64,000 nucleotides of DNA from a virus, in the IMG/VR virus record IMGVR_UViG_3300046517_001051, positions 2,404 through 66,403 of that record. One strand, given 5' to 3'. Position numbers and translations under genes: made by a program. This document shows positions 56,299 to 64,000 of this stretch, piece by piece (position 1 is the stretch's first letter; the number at the start of each line of letters is the position of its first letter). The notes beneath the pieces are model-generated. The model made no database searches, was not told the origin of the DNA, and saw only the letters and a program-made list of their open reading frames with translations.

Positions 56299-56724
56299 TT
56301 ACGTGGCGTAGGCCACTTGCTCGTCGTAGATGAATGGGACGGACACGTTGCGCATGAACCAGCCCTCGGCCGGTCTGCCCTTGTTGATGCTGGACGCAAA
56401 GAACTCCAGCCCGCCGAACTTGAACCCCTTGAATGCCGCGTCGACGACGTCGGAGATCTGGAGGCTGAGTTTGTAGCCGGTCGCCATCGGCGTGAAGACC
56501 TGGACCTCGACCACGCCCGCGGTGCGGAACGTCCCGGAGAGTCCACCGGTCATGACCTGCTTCGACTCTCCCCAGTTGACAACGAAGCGAACCCAAGCGA
56601 TGGTTGGGTCGGTGACCGCCGGCCGCTGGTTCTCATAGACGACGAGGTTCGCGCCGCCGAGCGGCGTCTCGACGTTCGTGATGAACCGACTGCGAATCAA
56701 CAGATGGGCGTCGTACTTGCTCAT
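56299..56724 (-). CDS. Tail terminator protein
   Basis: 'YEN...WVRFVV...GVVEVQVFTP..TG...W...VSVPF'. Confidence 0.8.
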   Translation of the reverse strand: MSKYDAHLLIRSRFITNVETPLGGANLVVYENQRPAVTDPTIAWVRFVVNWGESKQVMTGGLSGTFRTAGVVEVQVFTPMATGYKLSLQISDVVDAAFKGFKFGGLEFFASSINKGRPAEGWFMRNVSVPFIYDEQVAYAT

Positions 56725-57161
56725 GAGCCGCCCCCGAAGGCGCGAGCCTCCACGGCGACGACACGCAGGATGCCCTCAGGCGCCTGATTCGACCAACCGT
56801 CTTCGAGCCGCTGGGCGTACTTCGTCGGGTTGACCAGGGACATGCGCGATGAGAATTGGCCCAGAGCGTTGCGCGCACCGCCCGTCTGAAGCATCTCGGC
56901 GACCTGCTCCTGGATGCGAGCTTGCGCTGCGCTGCCGTTGATGTCGTCGACTCCGTCGCGCTCAACTGCCACGGCACCCTCGGGGACAACGTTCCAGTTG
57001 TAGATGAAATGCCCGGTGCGGTAGGGCGACAGCTGGATGGCCCGAGTGCCGGTGCGCACCATAAACCGGCTCAGCACGTCGACGGCGATGCCTGGAGTCT
57101 TCACCTCGACCCAATCTCGAATGCGAGCCGCGAACACCGCTGGATCCCGGGTCGTTGCCAT
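56721..57161 (-). CDS. HK97-gp10-like neck/tail completion protein
   Basis: 'SPYRTGHFIYNW', 'NPTKYAQRLEDGWSNQAPEG'. Confidence 0.85.
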   Translation of the reverse strand: MATTRDPAVFAARIRDWVEVKTPGIAVDVLSRFMVRTGTRAIQLSPYRTGHFIYNWNVVPEGAVAVERDGVDDINGSAAQARIQEQVAEMLQTGGARNALGQFSSRMSLVNPTKYAQRLEDGWSNQAPEGILRVVAVEARAFGGGS

Positions 57162-57523
57162 CAGGGAGCGACTCTCCCTCGCGTGTGAAGCTCCAGGAGG
57201 TATCCCTGAGTAACGGTGCCCGATGAGATCGCGTTTGCCTTCGTCACCGTCCAGAGCGTCGAGTTGATCGTGATCATGTCGGCGACGACTACGGCGCTAG
57301 CGCCAACGAAGATCCTCGCCGTGAATGCGTTGTCACCGGCGTCCTGCATCTTGTAGAGCGGTGAGCACTTCACTGTTGACGTCGTCGTAGTCTCGGACAG
57401 AAGCGCGCCGTCGGCGCCCATCGCCCCGTCCGCGATCCTCGTGAGCGTGCACGTCGTGCCGCTCAGGCTGTCCAGCATGGCCGGAACTTGCGCGGACCAG
57501 TAGTCATCGAGCGCAGTGGTCAT
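57161..57523 (-). CDS. Head-closure protein
   Basis: Position and beta-rich 120-aa size. Confidence 0.6.
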   Translation of the reverse strand: MTTALDDYWSAQVPAMLDSLSGTTCTLTRIADGAMGADGALLSETTTTSTVKCSPLYKMQDAGDNAFTARIFVGASAVVVADMITINSTLWTVTKANAISSGTVTQGYLLELHTRGRVAP

Positions 57524-59958
57524 ACTCGCAGCAAGTTGTCCCGAGCACTAGTGTCGAGGATGTAAGAGATCGTCCGAATTGCCAGCGTGTAGAGGGGTTG
57601 AGTGCCCTTGACTCCCGCGTACGTCTTCGAGCTAGATAGGGGCCCTGGCAACGTGCCCGACTCACTACGCACGCCTGGATTGCCGTCAAGAACGTTCTTG
57701 ATCAAGGGGTTGCCATTGGCAACCTCGCTGGCAAACAACGCGGTAGCCTCCAGCAGCGAAGGGTGAAGTTCGCTCGCGGCCCACGCCCAACCTTCGGCAT
57801 CTTCGACGCCTGTCCTCGGCCACATCAGAGACTGGAGTTTGGTGTACTTGCGACCGACGAAGTTGAACGTCTGGTCCATGAACCGCGTCGCCTCGCGGAT
57901 GGCCTGCTCCTTCGCGCCCTGCGACAAGGCAAACCACGACGCCGGTGCTCCGTGGTCGTTGAGATAGTTGTCGACGTATGCAACAGTGCAGTACGCGTTC
58001 GCGTCGACCAGACCTGTCCCTGTCTCGACTTGGAACACGGTGTTCACCCAAAGGTTGTAGACGAATGAATTGACACTGACGTACGTCGCGAAGTTGCTCC
58101 GCGTCAGCGGGACGCCGCCGATCGTGTTGTTGCGCCACATCAGGTCGTGCGGCGTGTTGATCGCGTCCTTGCCGTTGACGATCGACAGCACGCTCGGCGT
58201 CTGGTCGACGGTCCACGAGTCGAACACGAAGTCTTTGACTTGACCGTTGGCCAGCGCCTGCACACCGTACGGATACAGCATGTTCTGCAGGTCCCACAGG
58301 CAGCAGCTGACCGGCCCCTCGACGCGGAGACCCGTGATCGTCACGCCAGATCGCCCCTTGCCAGAATCGCTCGCACCACCGTCGGTCCAGTCACCAACGA
58401 TCGACCCAAAGTGTCCATTGATCGTGTCGCGCAGCGCGACCGTGCGCACCTTCAGGTTCGTGACCGTCGCGCGCTGTCCGGTAGTCACGAAGTCGTCGGT
58501 CCAATATCCGAAGCGCAGCACCGCGTTCTCTTGGTGAAGAATCCAGCAGTCAGTCACCGAGTAGTTTTGCAGATTCTCCAGCATGATGAGGCAGTCGTCG
58601 TCCTCGAACATGTGGACGCGAGATGCCATGCTGCTATTGGTGAGATAGTCGGCCGCCATGACAACGGATCCAGTACCTCCAACCCACGTCGCGTTCGTCA
58701 GCACTCGGTCTAGCGTGTGGATGCCATAGAACGAGTCGTACAGGCCTGGGTCGACGATCGAGATGCGAGAGACGACGTTGCCGAATGTCTGGAACTGTGG
58801 CGCCGAGAAACTCGCGTCTGCTCCGACGATCGCGCAGAACAACACCCCAGTCGAGAACGGCGCCGACACGACACCGGGGGCGCCGCCGCGCAGGATGAAC
58901 GTATCGCCAGGAGAGTTCGCCGACGCAAACGGGTCGTGATTGATCGTCGTCGCGGTCTGCGTCGTGACCTTGCGCGACTTGCCGTTGTTCGTGCCCGACG
59001 TCATCGTGATCAGGCCGTCAGACCAGTAGCCGTTCGCGAAATGCGTCCCGAGACCCGTGGTCGTCGACACGGTCGTCGTGAACGTCCCGGCGGACATCGC
59101 GCCGGTCGTGTTGTTGATGAGGTCGCCCATCAAGACCCCAGGACCGGTGACCTTGACAGTGCTCGATGACCTGATGTCGATCGCCGCACAGAACACAGCG
59201 CCGTACTTGAGATAGATCGCGCCAGTTGACGCGACCGGGAACTGCTGGACCGACGGGATCCAGCATCCGGCGTGGACGACGAGCACCTGGCCGGCTCCGA
59301 CGCTCGTCTGCGACCCGTCGAACACGACCTGCGTGCCGGCCGGGATCGCTTCCTCTAGCGGCAGCGCGTTGATCGCGACGCGGTTCACCAAATCGCCGTT
59401 GATCGTCACCTCGACGCAGGTGTCCGCAGGCATCGTCACCTGCAGGTTGTTCGCGACGATGCTGGCGACAACGCCAGGGTACGTCGGGAAGATCGAGAAG
59501 CTGGTAACGGCGCCGGCGAGGCGCGTGATCACGACGGTTTGCGTTGCGTCACTCCCGTACTTGATCTCGGAAACTTCGACTCGGGTGTTCGCAGTCCAGT
59601 CTCGCGTCGCGCCGTCGCACACACGCTCGCGGCCCCACACGAACGACGCCTGTCCGCCAACGGTCGCCGTGAATCGAGTCGAGCCCTTGTGCTTTGGCGT
59701 GATCCGGTAGGTGTCGCCAGGGCCAACAGTCGGAGCTGGTGATAGCGGGCCCCATGGCGCGGTTCCAGTCGACTCAAGCGTGGTCGACGTCGTGGCATTG
59801 GCCAGGATGACCCGACTCTGGCCAGCCGCCGGACCGGTGAGCAGATCAACCGTGCTCCCGGCCCACGCGTTCACGTCGGCACTGGCGGTGTGTAACACCG
59901 TTGCAGAATTGCCGCCGCTGAGCGTGCCGCTGACTCCGTTCCAGACTTCAAGCGTCAC
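57520..59958 (-). CDS. Fusion: glycoside-hydrolase-like (GH28/GH49) beta-helix + C-terminal DnaT-like head-tail adaptor
   Basis: 'IYLKYGAV...VKVTGPGVLMG', 'DDDCL...VTDCWI...LRFG'; C-terminal 'VETGTGLVDANAYCTV...KEQAIREATRFMD...GRK...QSLMWPR'. Confidence 0.75.
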   Translation of the reverse strand: MTLEVWNGVSGTLSGGNSATVLHTASADVNAWAGSTVDLLTGPAAGQSRVILANATTSTTLESTGTAPWGPLSPAPTVGPGDTYRITPKHKGSTRFTATVGGQASFVWGRERVCDGATRDWTANTRVEVSEIKYGSDATQTVVITRLAGAVTSFSIFPTYPGVVASIVANNLQVTMPADTCVEVTINGDLVNRVAINALPLEEAIPAGTQVVFDGSQTSVGAGQVLVVHAGCWIPSVQQFPVASTGAIYLKYGAVFCAAIDIRSSSTVKVTGPGVLMGDLINNTTGAMSAGTFTTTVSTTTGLGTHFANGYWSDGLITMTSGTNNGKSRKVTTQTATTINHDPFASANSPGDTFILRGGAPGVVSAPFSTGVLFCAIVGADASFSAPQFQTFGNVVSRISIVDPGLYDSFYGIHTLDRVLTNATWVGGTGSVVMAADYLTNSSMASRVHMFEDDDCLIMLENLQNYSVTDCWILHQENAVLRFGYWTDDFVTTGQRATVTNLKVRTVALRDTINGHFGSIVGDWTDGGASDSGKGRSGVTITGLRVEGPVSCCLWDLQNMLYPYGVQALANGQVKDFVFDSWTVDQTPSVLSIVNGKDAINTPHDLMWRNNTIGGVPLTRSNFATYVSVNSFVYNLWVNTVFQVETGTGLVDANAYCTVAYVDNYLNDHGAPASWFALSQGAKEQAIREATRFMDQTFNFVGRKYTKLQSLMWPRTGVEDAEGWAWAASELHPSLLEATALFASEVANGNPLIKNVLDGNPGVRSESGTLPGPLSSSKTYAGVKGTQPLYTLAIRTISYILDTSARDNLLRV

Positions 59959-59984
59959 AGCGTCGTCCTCAGGTTGACCTGAAA

Positions 59985-60014
59985 GGGTCGCTGGCCCGTG
60001 AAGACCAGCGACCC
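59985..60014 (-). terminator. Terminator-like hairpin after the capsid gene
   Basis: 10-bp stem GGGTCGCTGG/CCAGCGACCC followed by TTT. Confidence 0.6.
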
Positions 60015-60040
60015 AGCCTCACACTCAGGAACCCCCGGAC

Positions 60041-61219
60041 TCAGCCGAGGAGACGACAGCCCAACTCACGCCGGATGACAGCGGCTCCGTAGAGCATGTC
60101 GAAACTCCAGCGCGTGCGCTTGAATTCGCGCGTGATCTCCAGACGGAGGGTCAAGCCACTGATCGGGTCTTGCGCCGAGGCGCTGACGTTGCCCATGCCC
60201 TCAGGAGCAGGCATCATCGGACGGGTCGCGAACGCGATCGCGTCGCGGTGGAACGCCAGGTTGACGTCGTGCGACGCCACCACGACCACGGGGTCAGTCG
60301 CCGTGAACGTGCCGACGAGCGGCGGATAGACGTTGACGGTGCCCGTCGAGCCGGCGGTGATGGTGACCGCGGCGGTGACCACGTACTGCTGCGTCGAGGT
60401 GTTGGTGAAGGTGATGATGTCACCCTCGATGAACACCATGTTGTTCGCCGTGGCCTTCGCCAGGACGATCGACAGCTGCGGGGTGTACACGCCCGGCGAG
60501 CCGGTGAACAGCGTGTAGGTGTTCGTCGCGTTGACCGTCAGCGCGCCGCCCGTGGCGCCCGCGGTGACGTGGCGCGGCATGTTCTGGTTCATCCACCACT
60601 GGAAGCCCAGCTTGCGGTTCAGCATGCCGTTGTTCATCACGTCGAACGAACCTGTGAAGTTGCCGTTGGCAAACTCAGGCAGCACGAGGGCGGCACCCTC
60701 CGCGTCCGGGTTCACCAGGAAGTGGCGAGGCTCCAGAGGCGCGAGCGTCTTGTTGAGCAGCTTGCGGACGTTCGCGGCATCCTTGACACCCGGCGTGCCG
60801 AACGGCGTGGTGCCGGCGGTGCCGACGGCGCTGTAGAACTTCTTGTACAGGCCGAGGATGTAGTTGTCGATCTGGTTGACGAGGGTCTTGATCGCCTCCT
60901 GCGCCTGCATCGGGACAGTGCCGTTCCAGACCTCCTGGAGTTCCTTGTCCGTGAGGTAGAAGGGTGCTTCATACCACTGGTCGAGCACGACCTGAGTCGT
61001 GGTCAGCGGCATGTCCGCGGTCGTCGGCGGCGTCGCGGCGGCGGTGACCGGCTGCGCTTGGATCGCGGTCGGGACCGGGACGTCGACCGTCGAGCCCTGA
61101 CGGCCGGCGATCATGTCCGAGTAGGAGAGGACCAGTCGCGGGGTCACCGCGTTCTGGCGAAGAGAGACCAGTGCGGAAGCCAGGAGCTTCGGCACAAGAG
61201 CAGAATACGTGTTGGCCAC
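60041..61219 (-). CDS. Major capsid protein (HK97 fold, P22-coat-like)
   Basis: 'GSTVDVPVP', 'KLGFQWWMNQN', 'NLAFHRDAIAFATRP', 'SGLTLRL', 'FDMLYGAAVIR'. Confidence 0.9.
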   Translation of the reverse strand: MANTYSALVPKLLASALVSLRQNAVTPRLVLSYSDMIAGRQGSTVDVPVPTAIQAQPVTAAATPPTTADMPLTTTQVVLDQWYEAPFYLTDKELQEVWNGTVPMQAQEAIKTLVNQIDNYILGLYKKFYSAVGTAGTTPFGTPGVKDAANVRKLLNKTLAPLEPRHFLVNPDAEGAALVLPEFANGNFTGSFDVMNNGMLNRKLGFQWWMNQNMPRHVTAGATGGALTVNATNTYTLFTGSPGVYTPQLSIVLAKATANNMVFIEGDIITFTNTSTQQYVVTAAVTITAGSTGTVNVYPPLVGTFTATDPVVVVASHDVNLAFHRDAIAFATRPMMPAPEGMGNVSASAQDPISGLTLRLEITREFKRTRWSFDMLYGAAVIRRELGCRLLG

Positions 61220-61416
61220 GGATCTAGGACCTCAAACGGGTAAGGAGGAATGACGACACCGAGCGTCAGACCTCCCCCGGAGGCGGCCCCGACCCACCGG
61301 GCCGGCGCGCTAGCTCGCAGACACAAACACTTGCCGACCGTAGCTTTAGAGCCCCACAGGGGCGGCGTCGCCCCCACAGGGGGCTCAGCAGCTAGCTAGA
61401 TCAACCAGGCCCGAGT

Positions 61417-61854
61417 CTACCCGGAGACCGGAATCACGGTTTCCGTTTTCGCGAGCCACGCGGTGAGCTTCTCCTTCGCCTCCTGCGCAGAGACGCAGCC
61501 AAAGCGCGCGACCATGGCCTCGATTTTCTTTGAGTCGATCGGTTTCTGCGTCCGCTCGCCACGAGTTCTGTCGCGGATGCACGCGTACGCGAGGAGCGAC
61601 GCACGAGACTCGCCGGCGATGTCGACGTCGCAGTGGCTGCCGATGGAGCCCCACTTCTCGACAAGGTCAGCGATCCAGGACTCGCGCTCCTTGATCATCC
61701 CGTCCATCTCGCCTTCCTTGTTCTCCACGAGTCGGATCCACTCGCGCAGCCCGCGGATCTTCGAGCGAAGCTTGCTTTCCTCCGAGCGGATGATCCGGGC
61801 CTCCGCGGTGAGGGACTTGATCTTGATCTTCAACGCCAACCTGCGGTCTTTCAT
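61417..61854 (-). CDS. Conserved-looking hypothetical phage protein
   Basis: 'LKIKIKSLTAEARIIRSEE...ESRASLLAY'; AGGA RBS. Confidence 0.7.
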   Translation of the reverse strand: MKDRRLALKIKIKSLTAEARIIRSEESKLRSKIRGLREWIRLVENKEGEMDGMIKERESWIADLVEKWGSIGSHCDVDIAGESRASLLAYACIRDRTRGERTQKPIDSKKIEAMVARFGCVSAQEAKEKLTAWLAKTETVIPVSG

Positions 61855-61869
61855 GGATGTAGGTTCCTG

Positions 61870-61919
61870 AAACGAAAACGCGAGCCCTAGCCGACCTACG
61901 AGGAAGGCTAGGACTCGCG
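61870..61919 (-). terminator. Intrinsic terminator-like hairpin directly before an RBS
   Basis: CGCGAGTCCTAGCC...GGCTAGGGCTCGCG followed by TTTTCGTTT. Confidence 0.6.
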
Positions 61920-61946
61920 CAAGGAGAGTCATGACACCAAACGAGC

Positions 61947-62021
61947 TGGAGCCCCGGCAGGGAGTCGAACCCTGAGGCGGCGGGTCATTACTCCGTCGTC
62001 GCTGAGCCGTCAGACTGGGGC
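61947..62021 (-). tRNA. Non-canonical tRNA-like element (75 nt, encoded CCA)
   Basis: Acceptor GCCCCAG/CCGGGGC + TCCA, perfect T-arm CAGGG-TTCGACT-CCCTG, tiny D-arm CTGA-CGGC-TCAG, irregular anticodon arm. Confidence 0.55.
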
Positions 62022-62037
62022 GTGTGCTAATGCATGA

Positions 62038-63840
62038 TCAGACGCTCCCTGGCGGCAGCCACTTGTTGCCCGTCGCGGACAACGCCGCGTCCGTGATGAG
62101 TTGGGAGCGAAGGGCGAGGGCCTTCACGTTCGACGGATCATGCTTCAGGACGAGGAACGGCGCCAGCGCCATGCCGAAGAACTCGAAACTGGCGTCCGGC
62201 TTCCGCTGCGTAGCATCGACGCTCATCTCCGGCGACGGGATCCAGCGCCCGGTGACTGGGTCCTGCTGCCAGGCGTCGTTGAGAACCTTGAGCCCGAGTC
62301 GCAGTGCCATCGCGCGAACGTCCGGGCGTCCGAACGCCTCGGCCGTCTGGTCGATGAAGTATGCCGCGACGTCCTGCTGCCACGGAATCCACCAGGCGCC
62401 CGTACCCAGGCGCGGGTCGTCGACACGAACGTCGCAGACGTCCTTACCGCCCCACTGAGGGAGGAACAGGAGGTCTTGCCGGTCGAGCCAACGCTGCTTG
62501 ACCTTGCCGGCGAGCACGCGATTGTCGAGACCACGCCACATGTGCAGGGTCGCGAGCGCCTCCCAGCCACCGGACCGCGAGGAGTACGTCGACGACGTCG
62601 ACCAGCCCGGCTTCGTCGTCCACTGCCGCAGGTAGACGCGAGCTTGCGCTTCGAGGAGCCACTGGCATGCCAGCGAACCCTTGACGCGAGCAGCGATCGC
62701 CAGTGTGTTGATCAACCAGTGCTCGACGTCCGGACCCCACCAACCATGAGTCTGGCTGATGTCGATGTTTCCCGTCTTGCCAAAGCGATCCGGCGACACT
62801 CCAGCGTTGAAGTGCGTGTGGCCGTCCCAGAAGAACAGGTTGGGGTGGCTGTCGGGGTCGAGCTGCGCGCCCGACGAGTCGAGGTAGTGGCACGGGTAGC
62901 GACCGAAGCCCAGCGCGACGAGATACCGGACCTGCTCGGCGCCAACTTGCTTCAGCTCGGCACCAACGAAGACCTCGTCTTCCTGATCCCCGGCGTCCGG
63001 AGTCCGCGCGACGCTGCCGAGCATGCCGGCGTCCCACCCATAGAGTCTCTGGAATGCCGCGGCCCAATACTGCTGAGTCCATCCCGTTGGGTTGAAGCTC
63101 AGCGGCGCCGACGGGTTGCCGCCCGGCCACAAAGTCTCGATGCCGTTGCCGACGACGAGACGATACAGCGATGCCGTGGTGGTCTGCCACTCCGCAGTCC
63201 CGCTGAAGTGGCCCGGCCAGACGACGGTGACTGGGAAGATCCGGCTCTGACCATCACCCATCGTCTCGCCAACAGGCAGCAGGAGGCCCGGCGAGGTGCT
63301 GTTGGGGACGACGACGACCGCATCATGACCCCAGCTCAGATGAAGTCCGTCCGGGAACGTCGTCACCAGTTGATCAATGTCGGGGTTCGATGCGGTGACG
63401 ATGACCTCACCGTTGGTCCAGCCAGGCTCGTCCGGGTACCAAGGCACGATCAGCTCCACGCAGATCGTCGGCAGGCCGGCCAGTCGGCCGCGGAACCTCG
63501 CCATGTAGCAGGCCCCGTCGACCGCCACCTCGACGAGGGTCAACGGCGCACCATTCGCCGTCGGGATCCCGAAGAAGGCGAGCGGATCGGCCGGCGGTGG
63601 AGGCAGCGGGTAATCCGCCGCCCTGAACGTCGTCAGGTCGAAGGTCTTCGACTCGCCAGGCTCAAGGCGGCATCGCACGTCGACACACTGATCAGCAAGC
63701 CCGCTTCGACGTCCCACGACGTACGAAGCGGTGCCATCAGCGGACACGCCGCCGGTATTCGCCAGCGGCCCATCGACGACGAGGCGCTGCCAACCGGAGA
63801 ATGGTGACTGCGAGAAATTGGCAACGCGGACGGTGGTCAT
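62038..63840 (-). CDS. 600-aa Trp-rich unknown protein (beta N-terminus, helical C-terminus)
   Basis: Long, natural-looking ORF between the scaffold and capsid genes. Confidence 0.7.
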   Translation of the reverse strand: MTTVRVANFSQSPFSGWQRLVVDGPLANTGGVSADGTASYVVGRRSGLADQCVDVRCRLEPGESKTFDLTTFRAADYPLPPPPADPLAFFGIPTANGAPLTLVEVAVDGACYMARFRGRLAGLPTICVELIVPWYPDEPGWTNGEVIVTASNPDIDQLVTTFPDGLHLSWGHDAVVVVPNSTSPGLLLPVGETMGDGQSRIFPVTVVWPGHFSGTAEWQTTTASLYRLVVGNGIETLWPGGNPSAPLSFNPTGWTQQYWAAAFQRLYGWDAGMLGSVARTPDAGDQEDEVFVGAELKQVGAEQVRYLVALGFGRYPCHYLDSSGAQLDPDSHPNLFFWDGHTHFNAGVSPDRFGKTGNIDISQTHGWWGPDVEHWLINTLAIAARVKGSLACQWLLEAQARVYLRQWTTKPGWSTSSTYSSRSGGWEALATLHMWRGLDNRVLAGKVKQRWLDRQDLLFLPQWGGKDVCDVRVDDPRLGTGAWWIPWQQDVAAYFIDQTAEAFGRPDVRAMALRLGLKVLNDAWQQDPVTGRWIPSPEMSVDATQRKPDASFEFFGMALAPFLVLKHDPSNVKALALRSQLITDAALSATGNKWLPPGSV

Positions 63841-63846
63841 GGTGGA

Positions 63847-64000
63847 TTAGTCGCTGAACTCGATCGTGACCTCGCCCTTCGCCGCCTTGTCTGCCCACTT
63901 CCCGAAGGCCACCGGGTCATTGCGGCTGATGATCACGACGCCCGGCCGGCCCGGGACGCGACCACCAGAGGCACCCTGAGCCCCTCCCCCGCTGCCCGCG
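63847..64000 (-). CDS. Capsid scaffolding protein C-terminus (partial)
   Basis: AGSGGGAQGASGG...ISRNDPVAFGKWADKAAKGEVTIEFSD*. Confidence 0.65.
   Translation of the reverse strand, partial: AGSGGGAQGASGGRVPGRPGVVIISRNDPVAFGKWADKAAKGEVTIEFSD

Noticed and set aside
61395-61412. CCTGGTTGATC resembling an SSU rRNA 5' end or an IS200/605 omega-RNA
   Set aside because: Only about 11 nt match, with no rRNA body and no IscB/TnpB gene.
473-63807. Many long plus-strand ORFs (e.g. 5502..6848, 16244..17416, 23258..24490, 62101..63807)
   Set aside because: They are antisense shadows of well-supported minus-strand genes in high-GC DNA, with no recognisable motifs.
1-64000. Prophage / lysogeny module
   Set aside because: No integrase, repressor-cro divergence or host genes in the window, and all genes are co-oriented.
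1-64000. Impression that CTAG is not depleted, and a specific host assignment
   Set aside because: k-mer statistics and host prediction cannot be computed by eye, so both are left unclaimed.

Overview
The window is most of a high-GC (roughly two-thirds GC by eye) tailed dsDNA phage genome, with essentially all credible genes on the minus strand. Reading from 64000 downward: scaffold C-terminus, a 600-aa unknown protein, a tRNA-like element, the major capsid protein, neck genes, a siphovirus tail (tube, chaperones with a -1 frameshift, short tape measure, GTA-type DUF2460/DUF2163/NlpC-P60/tail-tip module, fibres), a holin-like region with a stand-alone PAS protein, and a beta-helix spike. Then come about 14 kb of small coupled early genes with a NARP1-type NAD+ reconstitution pair, a thymidine-hypermodification operon, an SNF2 helicase, PLP and radical-SAM enzymes, SSB, a primase-MCM helicase, a dead thymidylate-synthase paralog, PolA, a DNA methyltransferase, a sigma factor, VRR-NUC, an origin-like inverted repeat, and a probable terminase small subunit running off the left edge. 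No integrase, repressor or clear endolysin was seen. The best candidate for a new system is the 5-hmdU hypermodification pathway (M6/YuA type). It has an amidoligase and a low-molecular-weight phosphatase translationally coupled inside it, which predicts a DNA base elaborated beyond 5-aminoethyl-dU. All family calls come from motif recognition by eye; no database searches were run.
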